Virus record (IMG/VR): IMGVR_UViG_3300022745_000002
Span: 1 to 62,304 of that record
Reading direction: 5' to 3' (one strand)
DNA from: a virus
Length of the DNA: 62,304 bases
The notes under the pieces: generated by a model
Database searches by the model: none
The model's input: only the letters and a program-made list of their open reading frames with translations
What the model was told of the DNA's origin: nothing
Shown here: positions 1 through 7,700 of the stretch, piece by piece
Position numbering within the stretch: position 1 is the stretch's first letter
How the letters are laid out: each line of letters begins with the position of its first letter
Program-made: the position numbers and the translations under genes

Positions 1-127
1 CGGTGCTCATCACCTGCGACGGTTCGGCGAGCGGCATGCGCGTGGCCAACACGCCGGTCGCCGTCGCGGGCGGATCCAACACGCAAGTCCAGTACAACTC
101 CTCTGGCATCCTCGCGGGTACGGCGGG
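1..127. repeat. Terminal overlap, identical to 62178-62304 (circular or circularly permuted contig closure)
   Basis: Exact 127/127 match read base by base. It lies inside a tail-fibre ORF that stays in frame across the junction. Confidence 0.95.
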
Positions 128-1265
128 TTTCACCTTCGACGGCACCACGCTCAGCGTCACCGGCCTGAACATATTCGGCAACACCTATCTTGGCCTGAAC
201 AGCGGCAGCATCGTCACGCTCGCGGGCACTACCGTAAACGCGCCCAATGGCCTCAACATCAACTCGGGCGCTCTCTACCTCACGGGTTCGCAGCTCGGCG
301 TCGGCACGACGTCGGTGGGCGGCAACGCCATCACGGCCGCAGGCGTGATCCAGAGTTTGACGGGCGGCTTCAAGTTCCCCGACGGCACGACCCAGTCGAC
401 GGCGGCCGCCCCCGGCACGTCGCCCGGCGGTGCCACCGGCAACGTGCAGTTCAACAACGGCGGTGTGTTCGCCGGACAGTCGAACTTCACCTTCAACACC
501 GGCACCGGGATCCTCACGGTGCCCGCGCTCGCCCTCACGACACCGCTCGCGGTGGCCATGGGCGGCACGGGCACGACAACGTCGACCGGCACGGGCGCCG
601 TGGTGCTCGGCACCGGGCCCACGATCAGCAACCTGACCCTGACCGGCACGCCGACGGGCCCCACGGCTACCGTGGGCACCACCTCGACGCAGCTCGCCAC
701 CTGCGCCTTCGTGGCGGCCGCCGTGCAGCCTGCGATCGCGCTCGGGCGGCAGGTCTACGGCTCGGCGGGCACCTACACGTTCACGCCGACCGTCACCGGC
801 CTGCACAAGTTCACCTTGGTCGGGCCGGGCGGCAATGGCGCCACGGGCGGCGGCATCGGCATCGGCAACGGCGCAGGCGGTGGCGGCGGCGGCACGGTCA
901 TCACGTGGGCCAGCCTCACGGCCGGGACGCCCGTCACGATCGTCGTGGGCGCCCACGGCGCTGCCACGACCTATGCAGGGGCCTCGGCAGGGCCGGGCGG
1001 CGACGCGGCGAGCACCACGCCCGGCGGCGGCGGCACGGCATCTGGCGGCGACATCAACACGCCCGGTTCGCAGGGCGGGTACCCCGATCCGTCGGGCTCC
1101 CAGCTTTACGCGGGCAGCGGCGGCGGCACGGCGCAGGCACCGGGTGTGCCGGGCTCGGTGGGCGCCGCGATCGGCGGCGTTTTCCCCGGCGGCGGCGGCT
1201 CGGGCGCCGCGATCCCTTCGGGCGGCGGCGCAGGCGCGAGCGGCATGGCCTTGGTCGAATGGTGA
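3..1265 (+). CDS. Tail fibre / receptor-binding protein, 3' portion. It continues from 61829..62304, and the non-redundant part is 128..1265.
   Basis: Frame is continuous with the ATG at 61829 after removing the 127-bp overlap (1614 nt, 537 aa). [21 protein letters not shown] matches a module in the 43645..45831 fibre. The C-terminus is Gly-rich (YTFTPTVTGLHKFTLVGPGGNGATGGG...). Confidence 0.85.
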   Translation: MLITCDGSASGMRVANTPVAVAGGSNTQVQYNSSGILAGTAGFTFDGTTLSVTGLNIFGNTYLGLNSGSIVTLAGTTVNAPNGLNINSGALYLTGSQLGVGTTSVGGNAITAAGVIQSLTGGFKFPDGTTQSTAAAPGTSPGGATGNVQFNNGGVFAGQSNFTFNTGTGILTVPALALTTPLAVAMGGTGTTTSTGTGAVVLGTGPTISNLTLTGTPTGPTATVGTTSTQLATCAFVAAAVQPAIALGRQVYGSAGTYTFTPTVTGLHKFTLVGPGGNGATGGGIGIGNGAGGGGGGTVITWASLTAGTPVTIVVGAHGAATTYAGASAGPGGDAASTTPGGGGTASGGDINTPGSQGGYPDPSGSQLYAGSGGGTAQAPGVPGSVGAAIGGVFPGGGGSGAAIPSGGGAGASGMALVEW

Positions 1266-1501
1266 CCACGGCACTCACGCCGCTCTGCGCGCATTGCGGA
1301 GCGGCGTGCGAGATGCACGTGCACCACTACTACAGCGGCACGTGGCAGAAGCCGCTCAGGACATGGTCGGTGTCGGCACCGCTCTACTACCTCGCCGACA
1401 AGGGGTTCTGCAGCCCGGAGTGCGCTACGGCAGCGGCGCAACTTCCGCCGACACGTACGGCGCCATCGCAATCGCACGCCGCTGGGCCTCTTCAGCACTG
1501 A
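1259..1501 (+). CDS. Small Cys-rich zinc-ribbon-like protein (80 aa)
   Basis: The ATG overlaps the tail-fibre stop (ATGGTGA). Motifs CAHCG and GFCSPEC are present. Third-position GC is high for about 55 codons. The 3' end overlaps the convergent ORF by 77 nt. Confidence 0.45.
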   Translation: MVTTALTPLCAHCGAACEMHVHHYYSGTWQKPLRTWSVSAPLYYLADKGFCSPECATAAAQLPPTRTAPSQSHAAGPLQH

Positions 1502-1790
1502 GAAAACGTCCTTCTTGCGTTCGCGGCAAGAGGCTATCCCACTCGTCGGACCGCACGTCTTTTTCGATCGGACCTTGCCACCAGAGCGGCTGCGCGTCGT
1601 CGTGATGCTTGAAACGCGGGTTCTGGTGTACGAGCTTGATACCGTAGGCCATGGGTCTCTCCTTCGACTGGCACTCGCTGCAGAAAGGGCCGCCGCCGAT
1701 GAGCGTCGGCGGCCTCGTTCGGTAGGATGTGAACACGTACGTGCGCACGTCAATGCCGCAACGTGCGCACGTGAAATGCGTCTCGCGCAT
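1425..1790 (-). CDS. Cys-rich zinc-finger protein, last gene of the leftward operon
   Basis: Motifs CARCG and PFCSECQ. Start taken at Met27 of the 147-aa track ORF, 4 nt after the stop of 1795..2151. Confidence 0.55.
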   Translation of the reverse strand: MRETHFTCARCGIDVRTYVFTSYRTRPPTLIGGGPFCSECQSKERPMAYGIKLVHQNPRFKHHDDAQPLWWQGPIEKDVRSDEWDSLLPRTQEGRFLSAEEAQRRAIAMAPYVSAEVAPLP

Positions 1791-1794
1791 CTTG

Positions 1795-2151
1795 TCAGCG
1801 GTCACCAAAGCTTTCACGAAAGCCTCTAGCGATGGCGTCGGACAACCTGCGCAAATTGTCTTCGCCATCGAACATCTTGCCGAGCGCCTCGCTGACGACC
1901 TTGGCGAGACGTTCCTTGATCGCCGGATCCGCTGCGAACATCTCCTGCACGATGTTGGCCGACATGACGGCCGTCGCGTGCGTGAACTGCTGTTGGAGAT
2001 GACTGGGCAGCGGCTGCCCGTAGCTGTTTTTCTGCGGCTCGATCAAATTGGCTACGGCCTTTATCAAAAGGCCTTCCTTCATCTCGGTCGACATGTTGTC
2101 GAAGATTGCTTTTGCAACAATAGCCCGCATCGCTTCATCGGTGATCTGCAT
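1795..2151 (-). CDS. Hypothetical protein (118 aa)
   Basis: Balanced, non-Arg/Ala-biased composition. Tightly packed after the polymerase gene on the same strand. Confidence 0.65.
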   Translation of the reverse strand: MQITDEAMRAIVAKAIFDNMSTEMKEGLLIKAVANLIEPQKNSYGQPLPSHLQQQFTHATAVMSANIVQEMFAADPAIKERLAKVVSEALGKMFDGEDNLRRLSDAIARGFRESFGDR

Positions 2152-2165
2152 CTAACTCTCCTCAG

Positions 2166-4238
2166 TTACTTGCCGTACACGTAGCCCGAATTCACTTCGG
2201 CGCGCAGCGGCAAGCCTGCGGCCCATGCGGGCGGATGGGTCATGATGTCGTAGAGCGCCGCCTTGCACTCCTCGTCCTCGTCCTCGTCGACCTCCAGCAG
2301 CGGCTCGTCGTGCGTGTGGCCGATCAGGGGCCAGCCATTGGTATCGAGCTCGCGGTTGGCCCAGCGCAGGATCGAGGCAGCCTCGGCCTGCGTGACGTTC
2401 TCGCACTGGATCCCGCCCCACAGCTTCATGCGCGGCCAGTAGTTGCTGTCCTTCTTCGGGTGGAAGGATCCCTTGATGCAGGTGATCATGTCCTGCGGGC
2501 CGAAGCGGCCGTCGACCGTCTCGACCTTGGGGAACGGATAGGCGAGCATGCGGCCGGACGGCAACAGGCACCACAGGATCGACTGCGCGCACATGTAGGC
2601 GACGCGCCCGGCGTGGAACACCTGCTCGGGGCTGCGCACGGCGTTGTAGGCGGCAAGCTCGAGCCCGCGCCAGAAACGCTCGGCCCACGGGTTCGACTGT
2701 CGCCACTTGATCTTCTGCATGTCCGCGAATTCGTGGTCGGCCGCGACACCGTAGGCGCGCGCCATGCGCAGGTACGCCCCGGCGCCGCCGCCGAAACCGA
2801 ACGACAGCACGGGCACCTTGCCGCCTGCCTGCCGCTGCGCCGCCGTGACCTGCTCCTCGCTCTGCAGGCCGTAGGTCATGACGGCCTGACGCAGGTAGAG
2901 ATCCTTACCCGCCGCGAAATAATCGAGCAGCTCGCTGGCGCTGTTCTCCTTCGACAGCCACGGGTTGACGACGGCCTCGATCGACGACCAGTCGCCCCAG
3001 ACCAGCTTCTTGCCGTCCTCGGCGACGATCGACGGCCGCAACAGGCGCGACAGGATCGTGAGCACGTTGTAGGGCTTGTCGATCGCGCCGCCCTTCGACT
3101 TGTCGAAGACGAACGTGCCGTCAGGATTGTAGCTGGCGATGTCGATCAGCTGCTGCTTCGGCACACGGCTAAGAACGCCAGCAACGACGTTTTCGATGTT
3201 CCCCAGTCCGGCGCGGATAAAATTATGGACTTGTAGTCCGGTCGAGGAGTAGCGGCCGGTTTGACCAGCACCGTTGAAGACATAGGCCCCCCTAACGCGC
3301 CCATCGACACCCGCTCGCGCCTGCATGGCAGCGAATTTAGCGGTGCTGGCCCGGCCGCCGTCGTGCACGAGTTCAACAAACTCGCGTACGTCGCCAACCA
3401 AGATGTCCGCGTTTTCTTCGGCGAGTAGTTCTTCACGAGTAGGACCATCGAACGACACCTTTCCCGTAGTCGCGTCGGGCTCCATGTATTCCTGCAGCTC
3501 GTGCGGCAACCACTTGGTGAGCCACGCCTTGATGCGCTGGAACTGCTTCGGCGACGTCACCTCGCCCTTGGTCAGCACCGTGAGGCGCGCCTTGATGTCT
3601 TCCAGCTCGTCGCGCGCATAGTGCTGCGCGGCGATCGCCAGTTCGACGTCGACCGGGATGCCGCGATCGTTCACCTTCTCGTTCAGGTGATAATCGGCCC
3701 ATTCCTCGGGCGTGAGGTCACGGATCACGTCGCCGATACCGATCTCGGTCAGCACGTCGACATCGCAATAGTCGAGCAGGATCTCGTATTCGGCCGGGTC
3801 GTCGGCCCAGCCGCCGTTCGGCAGCGGCTTGCACCATTTCATCATGATGCTGTTGTCGGCCTTCTGCACCGGCATGCGTAGCGCCTTGGCGCAGAGCTCC
3901 AGCTTGCCCGGCAGTGCCATCGCGCGCGCCCGGGCCATGGTGCAGCGGAAACGCTCGATGGGGATCTCGCGCTTCAATCCGTGACGGCAGGCAAGGCGCT
4001 CGAAATTCGCGTTCCACCCTTCGAATAGGCACTCGGGATCGTCGAGTGCGTCGGCGAGATCCTGCGGCATCGGCTCGCCCAGCCAGACACGCCAGCGCTT
4101 GATCGGCGTCTTGCCCTTGTCGAACGTGTAGTTGACGCAGAGCAGCTCGGTATCCGGGTGTGCCCAGTAGACGTAGGCACCGACGACGGTCAGGTCGACG
4201 GTGGCCGAGCTTTCAACGTCCCAGTTACAAATGCGCAT
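2166..4238 (-). CDS. Family A DNA polymerase with 3'-5' exonuclease domain
   Basis: Exo motifs DVESSA, NANFERL and YCDVDVL. Pol motifs GDWSSIEAVV (A), RQAGKVPVLSFGFGGG (B) and GHTHDEPLLEV (C). Confidence 0.93.
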   Translation of the reverse strand: MRICNWDVESSATVDLTVVGAYVYWAHPDTELLCVNYTFDKGKTPIKRWRVWLGEPMPQDLADALDDPECLFEGWNANFERLACRHGLKREIPIERFRCTMARARAMALPGKLELCAKALRMPVQKADNSIMMKWCKPLPNGGWADDPAEYEILLDYCDVDVLTEIGIGDVIRDLTPEEWADYHLNEKVNDRGIPVDVELAIAAQHYARDELEDIKARLTVLTKGEVTSPKQFQRIKAWLTKWLPHELQEYMEPDATTGKVSFDGPTREELLAEENADILVGDVREFVELVHDGGRASTAKFAAMQARAGVDGRVRGAYVFNGAGQTGRYSSTGLQVHNFIRAGLGNIENVVAGVLSRVPKQQLIDIASYNPDGTFVFDKSKGGAIDKPYNVLTILSRLLRPSIVAEDGKKLVWGDWSSIEAVVNPWLSKENSASELLDYFAAGKDLYLRQAVMTYGLQSEEQVTAAQRQAGGKVPVLSFGFGGGAGAYLRMARAYGVAADHEFADMQKIKWRQSNPWAERFWRGLELAAYNAVRSPEQVFHAGRVAYMCAQSILWCLLPSGRMLAYPFPKVETVDGRFGPQDMITCIKGSFHPKKDSNYWPRMKLWGGIQCENVTQAEAASILRWANRELDTNGWPLIGHTHDEPLLEVDEDEDEECKAALYDIMTHPPAWAAGLPLRAEVNSGYVYGK

Positions 4239-4262
4239 GTGGTGGATGCTCTCGCAGTAGGG

Positions 4263-4297
4263 CCGCCAGCGGCCGGGGGAGAGGAGCCGCTGGCGGG
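4263..4297 (-). promoter_or_regulatory. Intergenic GC-rich hairpin between the 4342..5172 gene and the polymerase gene
   Basis: An 11-bp stem (CCGCCAGCGGC / GCCGCTGGCGG) with a 13-nt loop and no U-tract. Possibly an attenuator or RNA processing site. Confidence 0.35.
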
Positions 4298-4341
4298 TAC
4301 GCTACACACTCACGCCGACAGGGGCAGCGTGAGATCTCGGG

Positions 4342-5172
4342 TCAGGCGGCCGCGCGGCGGCGACGACGCACCGTCGGGTCGGCGGCGGCGGCCGCAGCGG
4401 GCTGCTGGGCGGCCTGCGTCGCGGGGGCAGGCTGCTCGGGCGCCACGTCGGTGACGGGCCCACGGCCACGGCCCCGGCGCGGCGCTTCGGCCGTCTCCGC
4501 AACGGGCGGCTGGGCGGGCGGTGCCGTCGCCGCAGGCTGCTCGGCGGTCTTCGTCGTTTCGGCAGCGGCAGGCGACGGCGCGTCCATCGCGATCCACGAC
4601 TTGATGTCGAAGATCGGGTTGTAGGTCAGGCCGTAGGTGGCGTGCTGGTAGCTGTCGTAGGTCAGCGCGATCACCGGCACGATGTGCTTGGGATCCGTGT
4701 CGAGCTGCCGCTGCAGCGCGGCGACGAGGTCGCTGAAGGCCTTCTTGCCGCCGTAGCTGTTGGCGGTGTACTCGACCGTGATGCCCTTGTCCTCGCCGTT
4801 GGTGCACATCATCTCGAGCGAGATGTTGTCGTCCCACTTGGCGCCGAAGTTCGGCAGATCGGCGATGTTGATCGGCGTCTGGAAGATCGACACCATCTGC
4901 TTGCCGAGCGGCGCACCGCCCTTCGGGTTCCAGCAGACGAAGCCCACCTTCAGCGAGAGCGGGTTGACGGCCCAGAGCGAGCCTTCCTCGACCTCGGTGT
5001 CCTTGGCGCCGTAGACCCACGCGCCGTCGCGCTTGTCCATGCGGAGGAAGGCATTGCCGCCCGCCACCTGAATGGTCTGCGAAGCGTTGGCCAGCGCCTT
5101 GCGGAACTGGCCAACGTCAGCTGACGGAAGCCCGGCGGTCTTGAACGCTACCACGGAATTTTCGTTCGACAT
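4342..5172 (-). CDS. Replication-module protein of unknown function, possibly ssDNA-binding or annealing
   Basis: Sits between the Cas4-like nuclease and the polymerase, where SSB-type genes usually lie. Pro/Ala-rich tail ends in RRGRGRG...RRRRR. No motif recognised. Confidence 0.7.
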   Translation of the reverse strand: MSNENSVVAFKTAGLPSADVGQFRKALANASQTIQVAGGNAFLRMDKRDGAWVYGAKDTEVEEGSLWAVNPLSLKVGFVCWNPKGGAPLGKQMVSIFQTPINIADLPNFGAKWDDNISLEMMCTNGEDKGITVEYTANSYGGKKAFSDLVAALQRQLDTDPKHIVPVIALTYDSYQHATYGLTYNPIFDIKSWIAMDAPSPAAAETTKTAEQPAATAPPAQPPVAETAEAPRRGRGRGPVTDVAPEQPAPATQAAQQPAAAAAADPTVRRRRRAAA

Positions 5173-5253
5173 TTCTATGTACCTCTTGATGATTGCTGTT
5201 ACGTCTTCGTCGTAGCTCGTGCCTGTTTCCTCTTTACCTCTTACCCTTTCCTC
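5173..5253 (-). promoter_or_regulatory. AT-richer purine-rich leader with reiterated AAGAGG words upstream of 4342..5172
   Basis: The minus strand reads gtAAGAGGaaagggtAAGAGGtaAAGAGGaaac...catcAAGAGGtacatagaaATG. Confidence 0.45.
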
Positions 5254-6375
5254 TTACGCCAGACGCTTGAGCGCCTGACCCAGTGCCGCCGGGGGCAGCA
5301 CTGCCGGTCGCTTGTCAGCGGCCGGGGCGATAGTGTTGCCCGACGAGACCGGGTTGGCAAGTTCAGCGATCTCGGCCTTCGACAGGAGCTTCTCGGCGCC
5401 TGCTGGCGAGATCAGCTTGGTGACGATGTAATCGCTCTCCTTGATCTTCTTCGCCTTGAACCGCGCGATCGCGGCGGCCTCGTCGATCCACTTGCGGATC
5501 GCGCGCTTGGCCACGAGCTTCCAGCCCGGCACGGTGACGCCGTGCTCCAGCTCATGCTGGATCCGCTCCTCGGCCTCCTCGCGCCACTTGTCCCATTCCT
5601 GCAGCTTGGCGACCATCTTGCCGAGATCCTCGAGATCGAGGATGTGGTTCGGCGCCGTGAGCGTCGACAGGCGCTGCAGCTTGGCCGGGCAGGCGAGCTT
5701 GGCGTGGCAAAACTTGCCGCACCAGTCGCCTTCGACGAAAGCAGGGTTCGGCGCATCGCCGAGCTTGATCGCCGTGTGCACGGTCTGCTCGAACCGGTCG
5801 AGTGTCATCGCCGGGTAGATGGTCTTGTCGATCGCCGGATCGTAGGCGGGCTGAATGATGTAACTCTCGAACTCCTCGACCTGTGCAAACTCGGGGATGC
5901 TCTTGCGCGCGCAGACGCCGTAGAACAGGTTCTGCTCGCCCGAACTGTCGACCTCCATCTGGCCGAACTTGAAGTCGATCATGGCACCGCGCTTGCCGTG
6001 CACGATGCCCGCGTCCATCGTGCCACCCTTCTCGTCGTCGTCGGGGCCGCGCAGGCCGACAAACTTCTCGGAGAACAGCGTCGCGTCCTCGGGAAACGTC
6101 TCGACGATGTCCATGTAGGCGTCGAGCGCGATCTGCAACGCGTTCACGTGCTCCTTCGTAATGACGACGCTGGACACCGTGGTGCCGAGGAACGACGACG
6201 GTGCGAGGTCGGGATCCTTGAGCATCATCTCCATGCAGGTGTGCTGCGCGGTGCCCTCGATCGCCGCGAGCCCTACCGGCCTGCGCGGCACCTGCCGGGC
6301 GAGTTGGATGTAGCCCGCGCAGTTGATCCAGAGATGGGCGTTGGACCCGCCGCGTTCGACATGTTTCTCGGCCAT
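5254..6375 (-). CDS. PD-(D/E)XK Cas4-like exonuclease (DUF2800-type)
   Basis: AMIDFKFGQ core and a C-terminal Cys cluster (CGKFCHAKLACP). Part of the familiar nuclease / polA / VirE-primase / VRR-NUC / SNF2 module. Confidence 0.85.
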   Translation of the reverse strand: MAEKHVERGGSNAHLWINCAGYIQLARQVPRRPVGLAAIEGTAQHTCMEMMLKDPDLAPSSFLGTTVSSVVITKEHVNALQIALDAYMDIVETFPEDATLFSEKFVGLRGPDDDEKGGTMDAGIVHGKRGAMIDFKFGQMEVDSSGEQNLFYGVCARKSIPEFAQVEEFESYIIQPAYDPAIDKTIYPAMTLDRFEQTVHTAIKLGDAPNPAFVEGDWCGKFCHAKLACPAKLQRLSTLTAPNHILDLEDLGKMVAKLQEWDKWREEAEERIQHELEHGVTVPGWKLVAKRAIRKWIDEAAAIARFKAKKIKESDYIVTKLISPAGAEKLLSKAEIAELANPVSSGNTIAPAADKRPAVLPPAALGQALKRLA

Positions 6376-6403
6376 TGGTTTCTCCTGTGGTGGTCTGGCT
6401 CAG

Positions 6404-7036
6404 CTACTGGTGAAGATCCTGCCGGGCGTCCTCGATCGCGAGATTGAGCTCGGCCATGGCGTCGGCCGAGCCACCCGGCGTATCCGGGTGGCGCTCGCGC
6501 GCCAGTTTCTTGTAGCGCGTCTCGGCAACAGCTGCCTGCGCGTCGTCGGGCAATGGCCCGTAGGCCTCGATCGGCATGTCGAGCACGACACGCCACGGCT
6601 TCTTCTGAAAGCCTGTGGTACCGCCCGGCGGCGGTAGCGCCGCAAAGCCGTCGAACGAGCGCTGCATCATGTGGCCGCCGCCGTGCCGCTCGATCGCGTG
6701 CATCGCGTCGATCGCCAGCGCCAACGAGCGCATGTTGGCGAAAGGTGCATTGTAGGCGTCCTGCGCCATGACCATCGGCTTGCCGAGAAACTGGAAATAC
6801 ACCGCAACACCGGGATCCTTGTGGCCGGTATACTTGAGATCCTCGGCGTAAGGCAGCCCGTCGGCGCGCAGCTTGCAGTTCGAGCTAACTACGATGCCGG
6901 TGGCGCGCAGCTTGCGCAGATTGTCCCAGAGCGAGCGCATCACCGTCTCGGGCGAGACCTGAAACGCGCTGTAGCCCTTGCGGCTTTTCGCGCGTGGCCA
7001 GCCATCCGGCCATTTGAGGGGGTATGCCTGCGTCAT
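6404..7036 (-). CDS. J-domain (DnaJ-like co-chaperone) protein
   Basis: C-terminal YKKLARERHPDTPGGSADAMAELNLAIEDA carries the HPD tripeptide. Start at the internal ATG, directly after the stop of 7038..7238. Confidence 0.85.
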   Translation of the reverse strand: MTQAYPLKWPDGWPRAKSRKGYSAFQVSPETVMRSLWDNLRKLRATGIVVSSNCKLRADGLPYAEDLKYTGHKDPGVAVYFQFLGKPMVMAQDAYNAPFANMRSLALAIDAMHAIERHGGGHMMQRSFDGFAALPPPGGTTGFQKKPWRVVLDMPIEAYGPLPDDAQAAVAETRYKKLARERHPDTPGGSADAMAELNLAIEDARQDLHQ

Positions 7037-7037
7037 G

Positions 7038-7238
7038 CTACTTGCTCTTCTTCTTGGCCTGCTCGGCGAGCTCGCTCTCGGCCGCCGCGAACGCCACGGT
7101 GCCGATGTAATAGGCGCGGCTGAGACCCAGCGCCTCGGCGGCACGGTCGATCACCTTCAGCTTCTTCTCCTCGACGTGGAGATGAATGCGGGTCTTGGGA
7201 TTGCGTCGCGGCTGTCGTGCAGACAAATCATCCTCCAA
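7038..7238 (-). CDS. Ribbon-helix-helix DNA-binding protein, first gene of the leftward operon
   Basis: RIHLHVEEKKLKVIDRAAEALGLSRAYYI fits a CopG/Arc-type beta-strand plus two helices. Confidence 0.75.
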   Translation of the reverse strand: MEDDLSARQPRRNPKTRIHLHVEEKKLKVIDRAAEALGLSRAYYIGTVAFAAAESELAEQAKKKSK

Positions 7239-7430
7239 AAACTATGCGGGCCGGGCTTGATACCGGCTGCCGGGTAGTCTCACGCCCCCACGTAGTTGCG
7301 TGGGATCGAACGTCGGCGCCAACTACGGCGCCTGAGTTTTAACGTCACCCGATGTCGCTACCTGCGTGTCCTTCCACGCCGCCGCAAAAGCCCTCTAGCA
7401 TCGGCCCACTAGGTGTGTCAACATCAGCGA
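7239..7430. promoter_or_regulatory. Divergent control region between the leftward and rightward operons
   Basis: Hairpins CCCACG-TAGTTG-CGTGGG and GGCGCC-AACTAC-GGCGCC. Inverted 8-mers CGTAGTTG / CAACTACG. A TAGGTGTGTCA box at 7410-7420. Minus-strand TTGACA at 7421-7416. Confidence 0.5.
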
Positions 7431-7700
7431 ATGGCTCGTGAAAACAAATTGGAAGAACGCTGCCGCCTGCTCGTCGAGAGCATGGGCGGTAAACTGTTCA
7501 AGTGGCGCAGCCCCGGCAACAAGGGCGTGCCCGATCGCATCGTGCTCCTGCCGGGGTTCGTTGCCTTTGTCGAATTCAAGATCACCGGGCGGCCGTTCCA
7601 GCCGTTGCAGGAATACTGGCAGAAATGGCTGAAAGAGCGAGGGCACAAGGCCTACGTGATCTACACCTATGAAGACTTCAAGGCGGTGCTTGGACTATGA
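7431..7700 (+). CDS. VRR-NUC domain nuclease
   Basis: GVPDRIVLLPGFVAFVEFK carries the D...E-x-K core typical of VRR-NUC. ATG at Met7 of the track ORF. Confidence 0.85.
   Translation: MARENKLEERCRLLVESMGGKLFKWRSPGNKGVPDRIVLLPGFVAFVEFKITGRPFQPLQEYWQKWLKERGHKAYVIYTYEDFKAVLGL

Noticed and set aside
1-127. Biological direct terminal repeats, as in T7-type genomes
   Set aside because: The repeat lies inside a tail-fibre ORF and keeps it in frame. Its length of 127 bp equals a common assembler k-mer. An assembly closure artefact is more likely, and read-end analysis is needed to settle it.
835-1605. Alternative-frame ORFs (835..1605, 905..1501 upstream part, 1106..1753 minus) over the Gly-rich tail-fibre C-terminus
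   Set aside because: They are off-frame reads of the GGC/GGN-rich region, giving Arg/Ala/Pro runs. Only the last 80 codons of the 905 frame, from ATG 1259, look like a real small gene.
4342-4560. Pro/Ala-rich and RGRGRG/RRRRR tail of the 276-aa replication protein as a separate gene or repeat array
   Set aside because: It is continuous in frame with a well-behaved N-terminal domain. It is a low-complexity C-terminal tail, not a nucleotide tandem repeat.
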